A stretch of 64,000 nt of DNA from Devosia sp. (lineage in GTDB: Bacteria; Pseudomonadota; Alphaproteobacteria; Rhizobiales; Devosiaceae): NCBI GenBank assembly GCA_041916675.1, contig JAYRZB010000005.1, positions 121,789-185,788 on the forward strand. Reading direction: 5' to 3'. Under the pieces are notes generated by a model, which was not told the DNA's origin, ran no database searches, and was given only the letters and a program-made list of their open reading frames with translations. The number at the start of each line of letters is the position of its first letter. Position 1 is the stretch's first letter. The translations under genes were made by a program, and so were the position numbers. Of this stretch, positions 38,451-47,913 are shown piece after piece.

Positions 38451-39022
38451 CAATCAAGGTGTGCGCGCGGAGCATGCGACAAGGCTGGCACTTTGCTGGT
38501 GGGTCCTCGTGCCGACAGAACCCGGGTGTCCGGGGTTTCCGTCGAATGTGCGAGCTGTGACGCCAGGGTGGCACAGGCGTGTGGGTGAGGGTGGCTATTC
38601 TGCGCCATCCTGGGTGCCATCGTCAGATAGAGGGTGCGAAACGCTCGGCAGGTCGCGCTCTACTATCCGTAGCCTTCCAGCACGCACTGCTGTCATCGCA
38701 CGGAAAATGTTGGCATAGACACCGCTGCGGGACATGAGCTGTCGTGGCGCAGCAGCCTGCCGATGGGGCGGTCACGACCCGCTATGCCAGGTTTCACGAT
38801 CGTTATCGAAATCTCGACGACTTCAATAAAACTAGACGAAAAGTAATCCAAAGTTAAATACCGCAAGAGAATGTATTTATGTCACATTGGGCTATGACGC
38901 CGCCGTCGACTTGAATCAAGTCACGTTCACCAATCTAATGAGAACTGCGGAGGCAAATCGTTTGACATCCGGTCGCGGGCCGCATCGCCGGAGTCTTTCA
39001 GGATGCGGCTAAGGATGCCGCG

Positions 39023-41041
39023 ATGTCTCTCAAACTAAGGCTGATCGCCTCTTTATCGATTCTGTCGACTGTCATTGTCGCTCTTATCTGCGCCGCGCTC
39101 GTCACGCAGTCCAGCATGAGCGAGGTCACTCGATCCATAGTTGCCGACCGTGTGGTGCCGCTTGATGACCTCAAGCAGGTCGCTGATGCCTATGCTGTTG
39201 CGATGGTGGACAACGTCCACAAGGTTCGTGCCGGAAAAGTCAGCTTTTCGGATGGAATTGTCATCATGGCAGATGCCCAGGCCCACATCGATGAGAGATG
39301 GACGGCCTATTCAACAACCAAGATGACCGACGAAGAGCAGGCTCTCGCCCGGGAAACCGAAGCCGCGATGGTGAATGCAAAGCCCGCGTTAGAACGCCTC
39401 AGGACAATCCTTATTGCAGAGGACCGAGAAGGGTTAGCCCGTTTTGCGGACAATGACCTCTATCCGGCGGTCGATCCCATCAGCGGGGCTGTTTCAAGCC
39501 TGGTCGACTTGCAGGTGGAGGTGGCCATGGCCGATTTTGCTACGTCTGAAGATATGCGTCGGCTGATCAATGTTGCCATGATGGCATTGGCCGCCTTAAG
39601 CGCCGTTGCAATAGGCTATGCCAGCTACGTGATCGTGCGTAGCGTGGCGCTGCGACTGGGCGGGATGCAGGCTGCGCTCGAGGCAGTGGCGGCAGGTGAT
39701 CTTCTTGCAGAAATTCCCTTTGCTGGACGCAATGACGAGATTGGCAAGATGGCCAAAGCGGCCGAGGTATTTCGGCGCAATGGACTCAAGGTCGTGGAAC
39801 TCACGCGATCCGAGGCCGAGGCCAGCGCTGCAGCCCAGAGGGCGCGCGCAGAAATGATGACAAAACTGCAGAACGCATTTGGTTCGGTTGTTCGGGCCTC
39901 AATTGCCGGGGACTTCAGTGGGCGCGTTCCTGCCGATTTCGCCGATGCTGAACTCAACACTCTTGCCGAGGGCGTCAATACACTCGTCGAAACCGTCGAT
40001 CGCGGTCTTATGGAGACAGGCAGCGTGCTATCGGCTTTGGCCAACACCGATCTCACCAAGCGCATGAACGGCAGCTACCAGGGGGCCTTCGCCCGGTTGG
40101 CACACGACACCAATGCTCTTGGAGAAAAGCTTGGTAGCGTGATCGTGCAACTAAGGGGCACATCGCAGGCCCTCAAGATTGCAACGGGTGAAATTCTGGC
40201 GGGCGCCAACGACCTTTCTGAGCGTACGACCCGGCAGGCTGCCACCATCGAGGAAACTTCTGCGGCCATGGAGCAGTTGGCAGCCACGGTGAGCAGTAAC
40301 GCCAAAACTGCGGAGGAGGCCAGCCACCAGGCGGTTGCGGTGTCCCGTGTGGCCGAAGAAGGTGGTCTGGTCATGGGCAAGGCAACCGAAGCCATGGAAC
40401 GGATCACAATGTCTTCGTCCAAGATATTCAATGTGATTGGCATGATAGACGACATCGCCTTTCAGACCAATCTTCTGGCGCTCAACGCCTCGGTCGAGGC
40501 CGCGCGTGCGGGGGAGGCAGGGAAAGGATTTGCTGTTGTTGCCGTCGAGGTTCGCAGGCTCGCGCAGTCGGCAGCCGAAGCCTCCAAAGAGGTCAAAGTC
40601 CTCGTTGAACAGAGCTCGGGAGAGGTCAGTGGCGGTTCAAGGCTGGTGGCGGAGGCCGCTGTCAAACTCGCTGCGGTTCTGTCTTCGGTTCGAGAGAATG
40701 CCGCGATGATGGACACCATATCTCAGGCAAGTCGCAATCAGGCGTCAGCCATCGCGGAGATCTCGACGGCCGTGCGCCAGATGGATGAATTGACCCAGCA
40801 CAACGCCGCATTGGTCGAGGAAACCAATGCAGCCATCGAGCAGACGGAAGCGCAGGCCAATGATCTTGACGCCATGATCGATGTCTTCAAGATTGCGAAT
40901 GCTACGCATCGGCCCCAGACGCCCCATGCCAGCTCGGCAGGCGAAATGGTGATCCAGCTTCCCCCTCGCGCACATGGCTCAATTCGGCCCCTCCGCACTC
41001 AGGGCAATGCGGCGCTATCCCAGGATTGGAGTGAATTCTGA
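39023..41041 (+). CDS. methyl-accepting chemotaxis protein (4-helix-bundle sensor, HAMP, C-terminal xWxxF tether)
   Basis: 672 aa. Two TM segments, a HAMP region, and the highly conserved signalling hairpin [33 protein letters not shown]. Ends in DWSEF, a CheR/CheB-docking pentapeptide type. Confidence 0.9.
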   Translation: MSLKLRLIASLSILSTVIVALICAALVTQSSMSEVTRSIVADRVVPLDDLKQVADAYAVAMVDNVHKVRAGKVSFSDGIVIMADAQAHIDERWTAYSTTKMTDEEQALARETEAAMVNAKPALERLRTILIAEDREGLARFADNDLYPAVDPISGAVSSLVDLQVEVAMADFATSEDMRRLINVAMMALAALSAVAIGYASYVIVRSVALRLGGMQAALEAVAAGDLLAEIPFAGRNDEIGKMAKAAEVFRRNGLKVVELTRSEAEASAAAQRARAEMMTKLQNAFGSVVRASIAGDFSGRVPADFADAELNTLAEGVNTLVETVDRGLMETGSVLSALANTDLTKRMNGSYQGAFARLAHDTNALGEKLGSVIVQLRGTSQALKIATGEILAGANDLSERTTRQAATIEETSAAMEQLAATVSSNAKTAEEASHQAVAVSRVAEEGGLVMGKATEAMERITMSSSKIFNVIGMIDDIAFQTNLLALNASVEAARAGEAGKGFAVVAVEVRRLAQSAAEASKEVKVLVEQSSGEVSGGSRLVAEAAVKLAAVLSSVRENAAMMDTISQASRNQASAIAEISTAVRQMDELTQHNAALVEETNAAIEQTEAQANDLDAMIDVFKIANATHRPQTPHASSAGEMVIQLPPRAHGSIRPLRTQGNAALSQDWSEF

Positions 41042-41523
41042 TGGCTGGTGCAGCGATTGAGGTCAAGCCGATGGAAAGCTCGGTGGCCGACGAAGTCATC
41101 ACTGCTATGAGCCAGTTCGTTACCTTCACCTCCGGTGGCCAGCCTTATGGCATCGACATCATGAGTGTGCGGGAAATTCGCTCATGGTCGCCAACCACAC
41201 CACTGCCCGGCAAACGTGCCTTTTCGCGGGGCATACTGGAAATCAGGGGCAGTGTAATCGAGGTCTTCGACCTGTCGCAGCTCTTGGGCGGCCGGGCCAC
41301 CGCAATCGAGAGTGGCAACGTGGTGCTGGTCATTTCCCTGGGCAAAGAAAATATCGGACTGCAGGTCGAGGCTGTATCAGACATCATATTTGCCCAGCCT
41401 GAAGACTTTAGAGCGGTGCCGTCAGTTGGATATATCGCTGGGCTCGACGGCAAAGTCTCAAGCCTTGTCGAGCAATCGGACCAGTTGGTAGCGATCCTGG
41501 ACCCGGCGCGGTTACTCCACTAG
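41041..41523 (+). CDS. cheW: chemotaxis coupling protein CheW
   Basis: 160 aa. QFVTFTSGGQPYGIDIMSVREIR...PLPG is the CheW-domain signature. The ATG shares one base with the MCP stop (TGATG). Confidence 0.9.
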   Translation: MAGAAIEVKPMESSVADEVITAMSQFVTFTSGGQPYGIDIMSVREIRSWSPTTPLPGKRAFSRGILEIRGSVIEVFDLSQLLGGRATAIESGNVVLVISLGKENIGLQVEAVSDIIFAQPEDFRAVPSVGYIAGLDGKVSSLVEQSDQLVAILDPARLLH

Positions 41524-41750
41524 CCTCTCGCCCGCTCTGCTGCAGCGAGCATCAGGGCCGCGCGCTGAGCCAATGGATTCAAGTCCTCTGCTCCATTGGC
41601 AACGTATTGGATGAGCGCATCGCGCATGCGCTTGTCCCAGAAATCGCGGACATGGGTGGCTATGCCGTTGACGGCCTCATCTTCAGGATAGGCCGAGAAG
41701 AACGTGGCGATCTGGTTGACCATGCTGACCAGCTCTCGCATATCACTCAT
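41520..41750 (-). CDS. fdsD: formate dehydrogenase delta subunit
   Basis: Internal ATG 41750 gives MSDMRELVSMVNQIATFFSAYPEDEAV..HVRDFWDKRM, the FdsD family pattern. Overlaps the fdhD stop by 8 nt. Confidence 0.8.
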   Translation of the reverse strand: MSDMRELVSMVNQIATFFSAYPEDEAVNGIATHVRDFWDKRMRDALIQYVANGAEDLNPLAQRAALMLAAAERARG

Positions 41751-42558
41751 CGGGACAGTCTCCAAAAACCATAACACCATCGCCAGCCTGCGCCGCAACA
41801 CCGAGACCGACGGCGCGCGCCGTGAGCAGGGCAAGACTGGTAGGAGCGGAGACCGAGGCCAGGAAAGCAACGCCGAATGTGGCTGCTTTCTGCACCATTT
41901 CGACACTCATTCGACTGGAAATCACAATAAAGCCCGACCCAGGCCTGGTGTCGGATCGCAGCAATGCGCCAATGAGTTTGTCGAGTGCGTTGTGGCGCCC
42001 GACGTCTTCGCGGACGAGAATCGGGGTGCCATCGTGACCAAAGAAACCGGCGGCGTGTGTTGAGTGATTGCGCGCGTTGAGCGGTTGCAGAGTCGGCAGG
42101 CTGTTCAGGGCCGCGAGAATGGCTCCTGAATTCGGATGCGATCCAGTGACTGAAGGCAGGCGGGGCAGGGCGGCTCCCAGAGTTTCGGCACCGCAAATGC
42201 CGCAGCCGGATCGCCCGGTGAGGGTTCGTCGCCGTTTTTCCATCGCCTCGCCAGTCACGCCCGGGACAATACAGTTGATGGAGACGCCGTCGTCGAGCTG
42301 CATGATGCGCAGGCCGGTCAGGTCTGCTGGGTGTGTGATAATCTTTTCGGTAAAGAGGAAGCCCAGCGCGAAGTCTTCAAGATCTGATGGGGTTGCCATC
42401 ATCACCGCGAAGGTCTGGCCATTGATGAGAAAGCCGATTGCTGCTTCCTCGGCCAGGTGCCATTTGACCGGTGCAGAGCCGGATGGACTTATCCGCGTTC
42501 CGGCAACGCCTAGGTCGGCGTTGGGCGGAGCAGGGTCAAGATACTGGACATCCATCAC
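41743..42558 (-). CDS. fdhD: formate dehydrogenase accessory sulfurtransferase FdhD (FdsC)
   Basis: 271 aa. GRSGCGICG motif and HAAG. Start is GTG 42558 or ATG 42555. Confidence 0.9.
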   Translation of the reverse strand: MMDVQYLDPAPPNADLGVAGTRISPSGSAPVKWHLAEEAAIGFLINGQTFAVMMATPSDLEDFALGFLFTEKIITHPADLTGLRIMQLDDGVSINCIVPGVTGEAMEKRRRTLTGRSGCGICGAETLGAALPRLPSVTGSHPNSGAILAALNSLPTLQPLNARNHSTHAAGFFGHDGTPILVREDVGRHNALDKLIGALLRSDTRPGSGFIVISSRMSVEMVQKAATFGVAFLASVSAPTSLALLTARAVGLGVAAQAGDGVMVFGDCPDE

Positions 42559-45392
42559 TATTCGGCCGGTTCGCGCAGGGCGTGATCGAGCACAGGATCA
42601 GCACTGGCCGGCAGGTTCGATGCTGTAACCTGAACGGCGGTGACCTTGTATTCGGGGCAGTTGGTCGCCCAATCCGAATTGTCGGTGGTGATCACATTGG
42701 CGCCAGAAAGTGGATAGTGGAAGGTCGTGTAGACAACGCCCTGCGGCATGCGATCCGAAATCTGGGCGCGCAAGGTGGTGGCGCCGACGCGGCTGGCGAT
42801 CGAAACGAAACTGCCGTCCGCGATGCCCCGCTCCTCGGCATCGAAGGGGTGAATTTCCAGCCTGTCCTCGGTGTGCCAGAGCGTATTGGCGGTGCGCCTG
42901 GTCTGGGCGCCCACATTGTATTGGGAGAGGATGCGCCCGGTGGTGAGCAGCAGCGGAAAGGCCCGCGAGGCGCGCTCGCTGGTGGCGACGAATTCGGTGA
43001 TCATGAAGCGGCCTTTGCCACGCACGAATTGGCCGATGTGCATGGTCGGCGTGCCATGTGGGGCTGCGTCGGTGACGGGCCACTGCATCGAGCCTTCGGC
43101 GTCGAGACGGGCGTGACTGACGCCGGCAAAGGTCGGGGTGAGGCGGGCGATCTCATCCATGATTTCTGCGGACGAGTTGTAGTGCATCGGATAGCCCATG
43201 GCGGTGGCAAGCCTGCTGACCACTTCCCATTCGGCCATGCCGGTCTTTTCCCTAAACGCCTTGCGGACGCGATTGATGCGGCGCTCGGCATTGGTGAATG
43301 TTCCGTCCTTTTCGAGGAACGAGGTCCCGGGCAGGAAAACGTGGGCGAAGGCAGCGGTTTCGTTCAGGAACAGGTCCTGAACAATGACGCAGTCCATCGC
43401 CGACAGGGCGGCCTCGACATGGCGGGTGTTCGGATCGGACTGGGCAATGTCTTCGCCCTGAACGAACAGGCCGCGATAGCTGCCATCCAGCGCAGAACTG
43501 AACATATTGGGAATGCGCAGGCCCGGTTCGGCATCAAGGCTGACGCCCCACTCGGCCTCGAAGGCGCCACGGGTGACGCCGTCGGAAACGTGGCGATAGC
43601 CCGGCAGTTCGTGCGGGAAAGAGCCCATGTCGCACGAGCCTTGCACGTTGTTCTGCCCGCGCAGTGGATTAATACCGACGCCCTCGCGCCCCACATTGCC
43701 GGTGGCCATGGCAAGGTTGGCCATGGCCATAACCATGGTGGAACCCTGCGAGTGCTCGGTGACACCGAGGCCGTAGTAGATTGCGGCGTTATTTGCCTTG
43801 CCATAGAGCCGGGCGGCGCCACGGATGGCCTCCGCTTCAACGCCGATTGTGTCGGCCAGTGCTTCCGGCGCATGTTCCGGGCGGGCGATGAAGGCGCGCC
43901 AGCGGGCGAATTCGGCGGTATCGCAGCGCTCGGCCACATAGGCTTCATCGACAAGGCCTTCAGTGACGATGACATGAGCGATGGCGTTCATCAGCGCCAC
44001 ATTGGTGCCGGGGCGCAGCGGCAGGTGGAAATCAGCCTCGACATGAGGTGAGCGCACCAGATCGATACGGCGCGGATCTGCTACGATCAGCTTGGCACCC
44101 TGGCGCAGCCGGCGCTTCATGCGCGAGGCAAAGACCGGGTGGCCATCGGTGGGGTTGGCGCCGATGACGAGGATAACGTCAGCCTTGGCGACCGAGCGGA
44201 AATCCTGCGTGCCCGCAGAAGTGCCAAAGGTCTGTTTCAGCCCATAGCCGGTGGGAGAATGGCAGACGCGGGCGCAGGTATCGATGTTGTTATTGCCGAA
44301 GGCCGCGCGGACCATTTTCTGGACCACATAGACTTCTTCGTTGGTGCAGCGCGAGGAGCTGATGCCGCCGATGGCGCCGGTGCCGTAGCGAGCCTGAATG
44401 CCCTTGAGCTTGTCTGCCGCAAAGCTGATGGCTTCGTCCCAGCCGACAACGCGCCAAGGGTCGGTGATGCGCTCACGCACCATGGGTGTGGTGATGCGGT
44501 CTTCGTGCTCGGCATAGCCGAAGGCAAAGCGGCCCTTGACGCAGGAGTGCCCTTCGTTGGCGCCGCCGGTTTTCGAAGGGACCATGCGCACAAGCGTATC
44601 GCCCTTGAGTTCGGCCTTGAACGAGCAGCCTACGCCGCAATAGGCGCACGTCGTTTCAACGGTGCGATTGGGCACCCCGTGAACCACGATGGCTTTTTCC
44701 TCAAGCGTTGCCGTGGGGCAGGCGGCGACACAAGCCCCGCAGGAGACGCATTCGGAGGAGAAAAAGTCATCGGACAGCATGCCGGCCGAAACTTTTGAAC
44801 CAAATCCCTGGCCCGAAATGGTGAGCGCCAGCGTGCCCTGCACTTCGTCACAGGCGCGGACGCAACGCGAGCAGACGATGCACTTGGAGGGATCGAACTG
44901 GAAATAGGGATTTGAAATATCAACCGGATCGCGGTCGTCGGCGGCAAAGTGATTGTCGCCCGTTTTGGGATAGCGCACATCGCGCAGACCCACCTGGCCC
45001 GCCGCATCCTGCAGTTCGCAGTCGCCGTTGGCCGAGCAGGTCAGGCAATCGAGCGGATGGTCGGAGATGTAAAGTTCCATCACCCCCTTGCGCAGCTTTT
45101 GCAGGCGCTGGGTTTCGGTGGCAACTTTCATCCCGTCCCGCACGGGAGTCGTACACGAGGCCGGCGTGCCTTTGACCCCTTCGATTTCAACGAGGCACAG
45201 TCGGCACGAGCCGAACGGTTCAAGACTGTCGGTGGCGCAGAGCTTGGGGATCTGTCGGTCAACCAGGCTTGCGGCGCGCATCACCGAAGTGCCCTCGGGC
45301 ACAGTGACGGGAACGCCATCGATTTCCAGAGTGACCATCGTCGCGCTGAGGCGGGCGGGTGTGCCGTGATCGAGTTCGTGCAGCAGGGCCAT
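42558..45392 (-). CDS. fdsA: NAD-dependent formate dehydrogenase alpha (molybdopterin) subunit
   Basis: 944 aa. N-terminal 2Fe-2S and 4Fe-4S Cys clusters (FGSCRLCLVEIEG, CIVCSRCVRAC), a molybdopterin oxidoreductase core with Cys (not Sec), and no in-frame TGA. Confidence 0.95.
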   Translation of the reverse strand: MALLHELDHGTPARLSATMVTLEIDGVPVTVPEGTSVMRAASLVDRQIPKLCATDSLEPFGSCRLCLVEIEGVKGTPASCTTPVRDGMKVATETQRLQKLRKGVMELYISDHPLDCLTCSANGDCELQDAAGQVGLRDVRYPKTGDNHFAADDRDPVDISNPYFQFDPSKCIVCSRCVRACDEVQGTLALTISGQGFGSKVSAGMLSDDFFSSECVSCGACVAACPTATLEEKAIVVHGVPNRTVETTCAYCGVGCSFKAELKGDTLVRMVPSKTGGANEGHSCVKGRFAFGYAEHEDRITTPMVRERITDPWRVVGWDEAISFAADKLKGIQARYGTGAIGGISSSRCTNEEVYVVQKMVRAAFGNNNIDTCARVCHSPTGYGLKQTFGTSAGTQDFRSVAKADVILVIGANPTDGHPVFASRMKRRLRQGAKLIVADPRRIDLVRSPHVEADFHLPLRPGTNVALMNAIAHVIVTEGLVDEAYVAERCDTAEFARWRAFIARPEHAPEALADTIGVEAEAIRGAARLYGKANNAAIYYGLGVTEHSQGSTMVMAMANLAMATGNVGREGVGINPLRGQNNVQGSCDMGSFPHELPGYRHVSDGVTRGAFEAEWGVSLDAEPGLRIPNMFSSALDGSYRGLFVQGEDIAQSDPNTRHVEAALSAMDCVIVQDLFLNETAAFAHVFLPGTSFLEKDGTFTNAERRINRVRKAFREKTGMAEWEVVSRLATAMGYPMHYNSSAEIMDEIARLTPTFAGVSHARLDAEGSMQWPVTDAAPHGTPTMHIGQFVRGKGRFMITEFVATSERASRAFPLLLTTGRILSQYNVGAQTRRTANTLWHTEDRLEIHPFDAEERGIADGSFVSIASRVGATTLRAQISDRMPQGVVYTTFHYPLSGANVITTDNSDWATNCPEYKVTAVQVTASNLPASADPVLDHALREPAE

Positions 45393-45401
45393 TTCCGCCT
45401 C

Positions 45402-46949
45402 CTATGAACCAGGGACCGGGCGGGGTGCGAAATCCTCGCCGAACAGCCGGATGGCCGAACGCACGGGCATGGGGGTTAGTCCCCCCATGGCGCAGAGTGA
45501 GCCATCGGTCATCACTTCGCAAAGGTCTTCGACCAGAGCGAGGTTTTTCTCAACATCGCGCCCGGCTTGAATTTCGGCGATGGTTTCAGCGCCGCGAACG
45601 GACCCGATGCGGCAGGGTGTGCACTTGCCGCAGCTTTCGTGGGCGCAAAAATCGAAAGCAAGCCGTGCCATTTCGGCCATATCCACACTGTCATCGAACA
45701 CAACGATGCCGCCATGGCCCAGCATGGCACCATTCTGCGCCAGCGTCTCGTAATCCATGGGCAGGTTCAAGTGAGAGTGATCGATATATGCCCCGAGCGG
45801 CCCGCCGATCTGGGCGGTGCGGAATGGGCGCCCGGAGAGGGTGCCGCCGCCAAAGGTGTTGATCAAGTCCCCGACGGTTACGCCGAAAGCTTTTTCGACC
45901 AGTCCGCCCCGACGGATATTGCCGCCAAGCTGAAAAGCCTGAGTGCCGCGCGAGCGGCCCATGCCGAAATCACGATAGGCGGCACCACCTTTCGAGAGGA
46001 TGTAGGGGACCGCGGCCAGCGAAAGCACGTTATGCACCAGCGTCGGCTTGCCAAACAGCCCGGCAATTGCAGGAATAGGCGGCTTGGCCCGCACAACGCC
46101 GCGCTTGCCTTCCAGGCTTTCAAGCATGGCGGATTCTTCGCCGCAGATATAGGCGCCGGCACCGCGCCTGACATGCAGGTGGAAGGCTTTGCCCGATCCT
46201 CCAATATTGTCACCGAGCCAACCGGCGCTGAGCATTGTCTCGATACCGGCAATCAGCTTGGCTTCGGCGGCCGGGTACTCGGAGCGAATGTAGACGTAGC
46301 CGTGGCTCGCGGCAGTGGCGAGACCGGCAATGATCATGCCCTCGATCAGGCAGAAGGGGTCGGCCTCGATCAGGAGCCGGTCGGCAAAGGTGCCGCTGTC
46401 GCCTTCGTCGGCATTGCAGCAGACGTACTTTTCGGCCGCTGTTTGCTGGGCAACGGTGCGCCACTTTAATGCTGCGGGGAAGGCCGCGCCGCCGCGGCCG
46501 CGTAGGCCCGACGTTTCGACCTCGGCGATGATTGCCGCAGCGTCGAGAGTCAACGCTTTCTTCAGGCCATCGAGCCCCTCAAGCGCCTGATAGGCAGCCA
46601 GATCAAGCGGATCGGCAATTCCAGCGCGGGCAAAGGTCAGCCGATCCTGAGCGGCAAGATAGGGAATTTCATCAGTTGGGCCCAAACACAGAGGGTGGGT
46701 GCCGCCGGTTTCGAACCCTGCTGCAAAAAGTCCCGGCACATCATCCGCCGCCACCGGGCCGAAGGCGTGGCGGATGCCGTTGATTTCAATTTCGACCAGC
46801 GGTTCAAGCCAGAAAAGACCTCGGGAGCCGTTGCGGATGATTTCAACGCTGCGGCCGAGGCGGGTCGCGCTGGCGGCAATCGCCTCTGCCACATCGTCGG
46901 CGCCAACCGAAACGGCGGCGGAGTCCTGGGGCACGAAAATGCGGATCAT
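45402..46949 (-). CDS. fdsB: formate dehydrogenase beta subunit (NuoF-like, FMN/NAD/4Fe-4S)
   Basis: Start at MIRIFVPQDSAAVSVGAD (ATG 46949; ATGA overlap with the fdsG stop). GRGGAAFP, CNADEGDSGTF, ESCGKCTPCR motifs. Confidence 0.9.
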   Translation of the reverse strand: MIRIFVPQDSAAVSVGADDVAEAIAASATRLGRSVEIIRNGSRGLFWLEPLVEIEINGIRHAFGPVAADDVPGLFAAGFETGGTHPLCLGPTDEIPYLAAQDRLTFARAGIADPLDLAAYQALEGLDGLKKALTLDAAAIIAEVETSGLRGRGGAAFPAALKWRTVAQQTAAEKYVCCNADEGDSGTFADRLLIEADPFCLIEGMIIAGLATAASHGYVYIRSEYPAAEAKLIAGIETMLSAGWLGDNIGGSGKAFHLHVRRGAGAYICGEESAMLESLEGKRGVVRAKPPIPAIAGLFGKPTLVHNVLSLAAVPYILSKGGAAYRDFGMGRSRGTQAFQLGGNIRRGGLVEKAFGVTVGDLINTFGGGTLSGRPFRTAQIGGPLGAYIDHSHLNLPMDYETLAQNGAMLGHGGIVVFDDSVDMAEMARLAFDFCAHESCGKCTPCRIGSVRGAETIAEIQAGRDVEKNLALVEDLCEVMTDGSLCAMGGLTPMPVRSAIRLFGEDFAPRPVPGS

Positions 46950-47443
46950 GCTGATGTCCCCGCCTTCTCGACGATCTTGATGATCCGCTCTGCAGTTGCC
47001 CGCCCAATCAGCTTGCCAGCAACTGTGGCGGCGGGGGAAAGGGCACAGTTGCCAAGGCAATAGACGGCGCGGGCATGGCCGCCGCAGGCGGCCTGAACAT
47101 CATCGAACAAATCAGATGCGCCCATCGCCCGGCATGCTTCGCCGAGGCAGACCTGAACATCGGGGCCTGGCAGAGGGGCCAGGCGGAAGTCATGATAGAA
47201 ACTGACCACCCCATAAACCTCGGCGCGCGACCGGTTAATGGCCGAAGCAATCGCGGGCAGCACCTCTTCGGGGACAAAGCCGAAATGGGCCTGCACATCA
47301 TGCAGGACGGAAATGAGGTTGGCGGGGTCGTTGCCATGCTTCGCGCAGAGACGTTTTGCGTCAATTGTCTCTGGCGTATCGGGGTGCAATGGCTCGGTTG
47401 GACCTTTACGCTTGCGCGCCCGCTGGGCGTCCTCATGCTGCAA
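46946..47443 (-). CDS. fdsG: formate dehydrogenase gamma subunit (NuoE-like 2Fe-2S)
   Basis: NLISVLHDVQAHFGFVP..AEVYGVVSFYHDF..VCLGEACRAMG..YCLGNCALSP. I favour TTG 47443, with GGGAGGA 7 nt upstream. The ATG at 47512 has no RBS and is followed by low-GC3 codons. Confidence 0.75.
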   Translation of the reverse strand: MQHEDAQRARKRKGPTEPLHPDTPETIDAKRLCAKHGNDPANLISVLHDVQAHFGFVPEEVLPAIASAINRSRAEVYGVVSFYHDFRLAPLPGPDVQVCLGEACRAMGASDLFDDVQAACGGHARAVYCLGNCALSPAATVAGKLIGRATAERIIKIVEKAGTSA

Positions 47444-47629
47444 TCGGTGATCCTCCCAAAGTTCGCGCAGCTTAGCGGCTCGGTGTGGTACTTCAAGTGG
47501 TAGGTACAACATTTTTCTGCACAAGTTATGGACTATCAGTTCTAATAGCCAAATGTGTAATAGTGATGCTTGAAACCTCATAATTCGAGGTTTAGCGTTG
47601 TGGCCAACATCTGTTGGCGTTGGAAAAGT

Positions 47630-47896
47630 ATGATTACCTCACCGCAAATGAAGGCTGCACGGGCGCTGTTGGGCATCGACCAGAAGACCCTGGCGCAGCT
47701 TTCGGGAACATCCCTGCCAACCATCCAGCGCATGGAGGCTTCGGACGGCACGGTGCGCGGCAACATTGATACCCTGACCAAAGTGGTCGAGGCGCTCCAT
47801 GCCGCCGGGATCGAACTGATCGCGGACAATGCGCCAAGTCAGGGGGCCGGGCGCGGCGTTCGCCTGCGCGACCCGGTCAGCATCCGGGCAGAATAG
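47630..47896 (+). CDS. small XRE-family HTH transcriptional regulator
   Basis: MITSPQMKAARALLGIDQKTLAQLSGTSLPTIQRMEA is an XRE-type HTH. 88 aa from internal ATG 47630. Confidence 0.7.
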   Translation: MITSPQMKAARALLGIDQKTLAQLSGTSLPTIQRMEASDGTVRGNIDTLTKVVEALHAAGIELIADNAPSQGAGRGVRLRDPVSIRAE

Positions 47897-47913
47897 CCAG
47901 AAGGCAGCAAACC

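Noticed and set aside
38480-38500. Sigma-54 promoter-like TGGCAC elements (38486 TGGCACTTTGCTGG; also 10084 and 38568).
   Set aside because: The spacing to a TTGC element does not fit GG-N10-GC, and no enhancer-binding protein gene is nearby.
42558-45392. Selenocysteine-containing formate dehydrogenase or SECIS element.
   Set aside because: The 944-codon frame is uninterrupted, with no in-frame TGA. This is consistent with a Cys-type NAD-linked FdsA.
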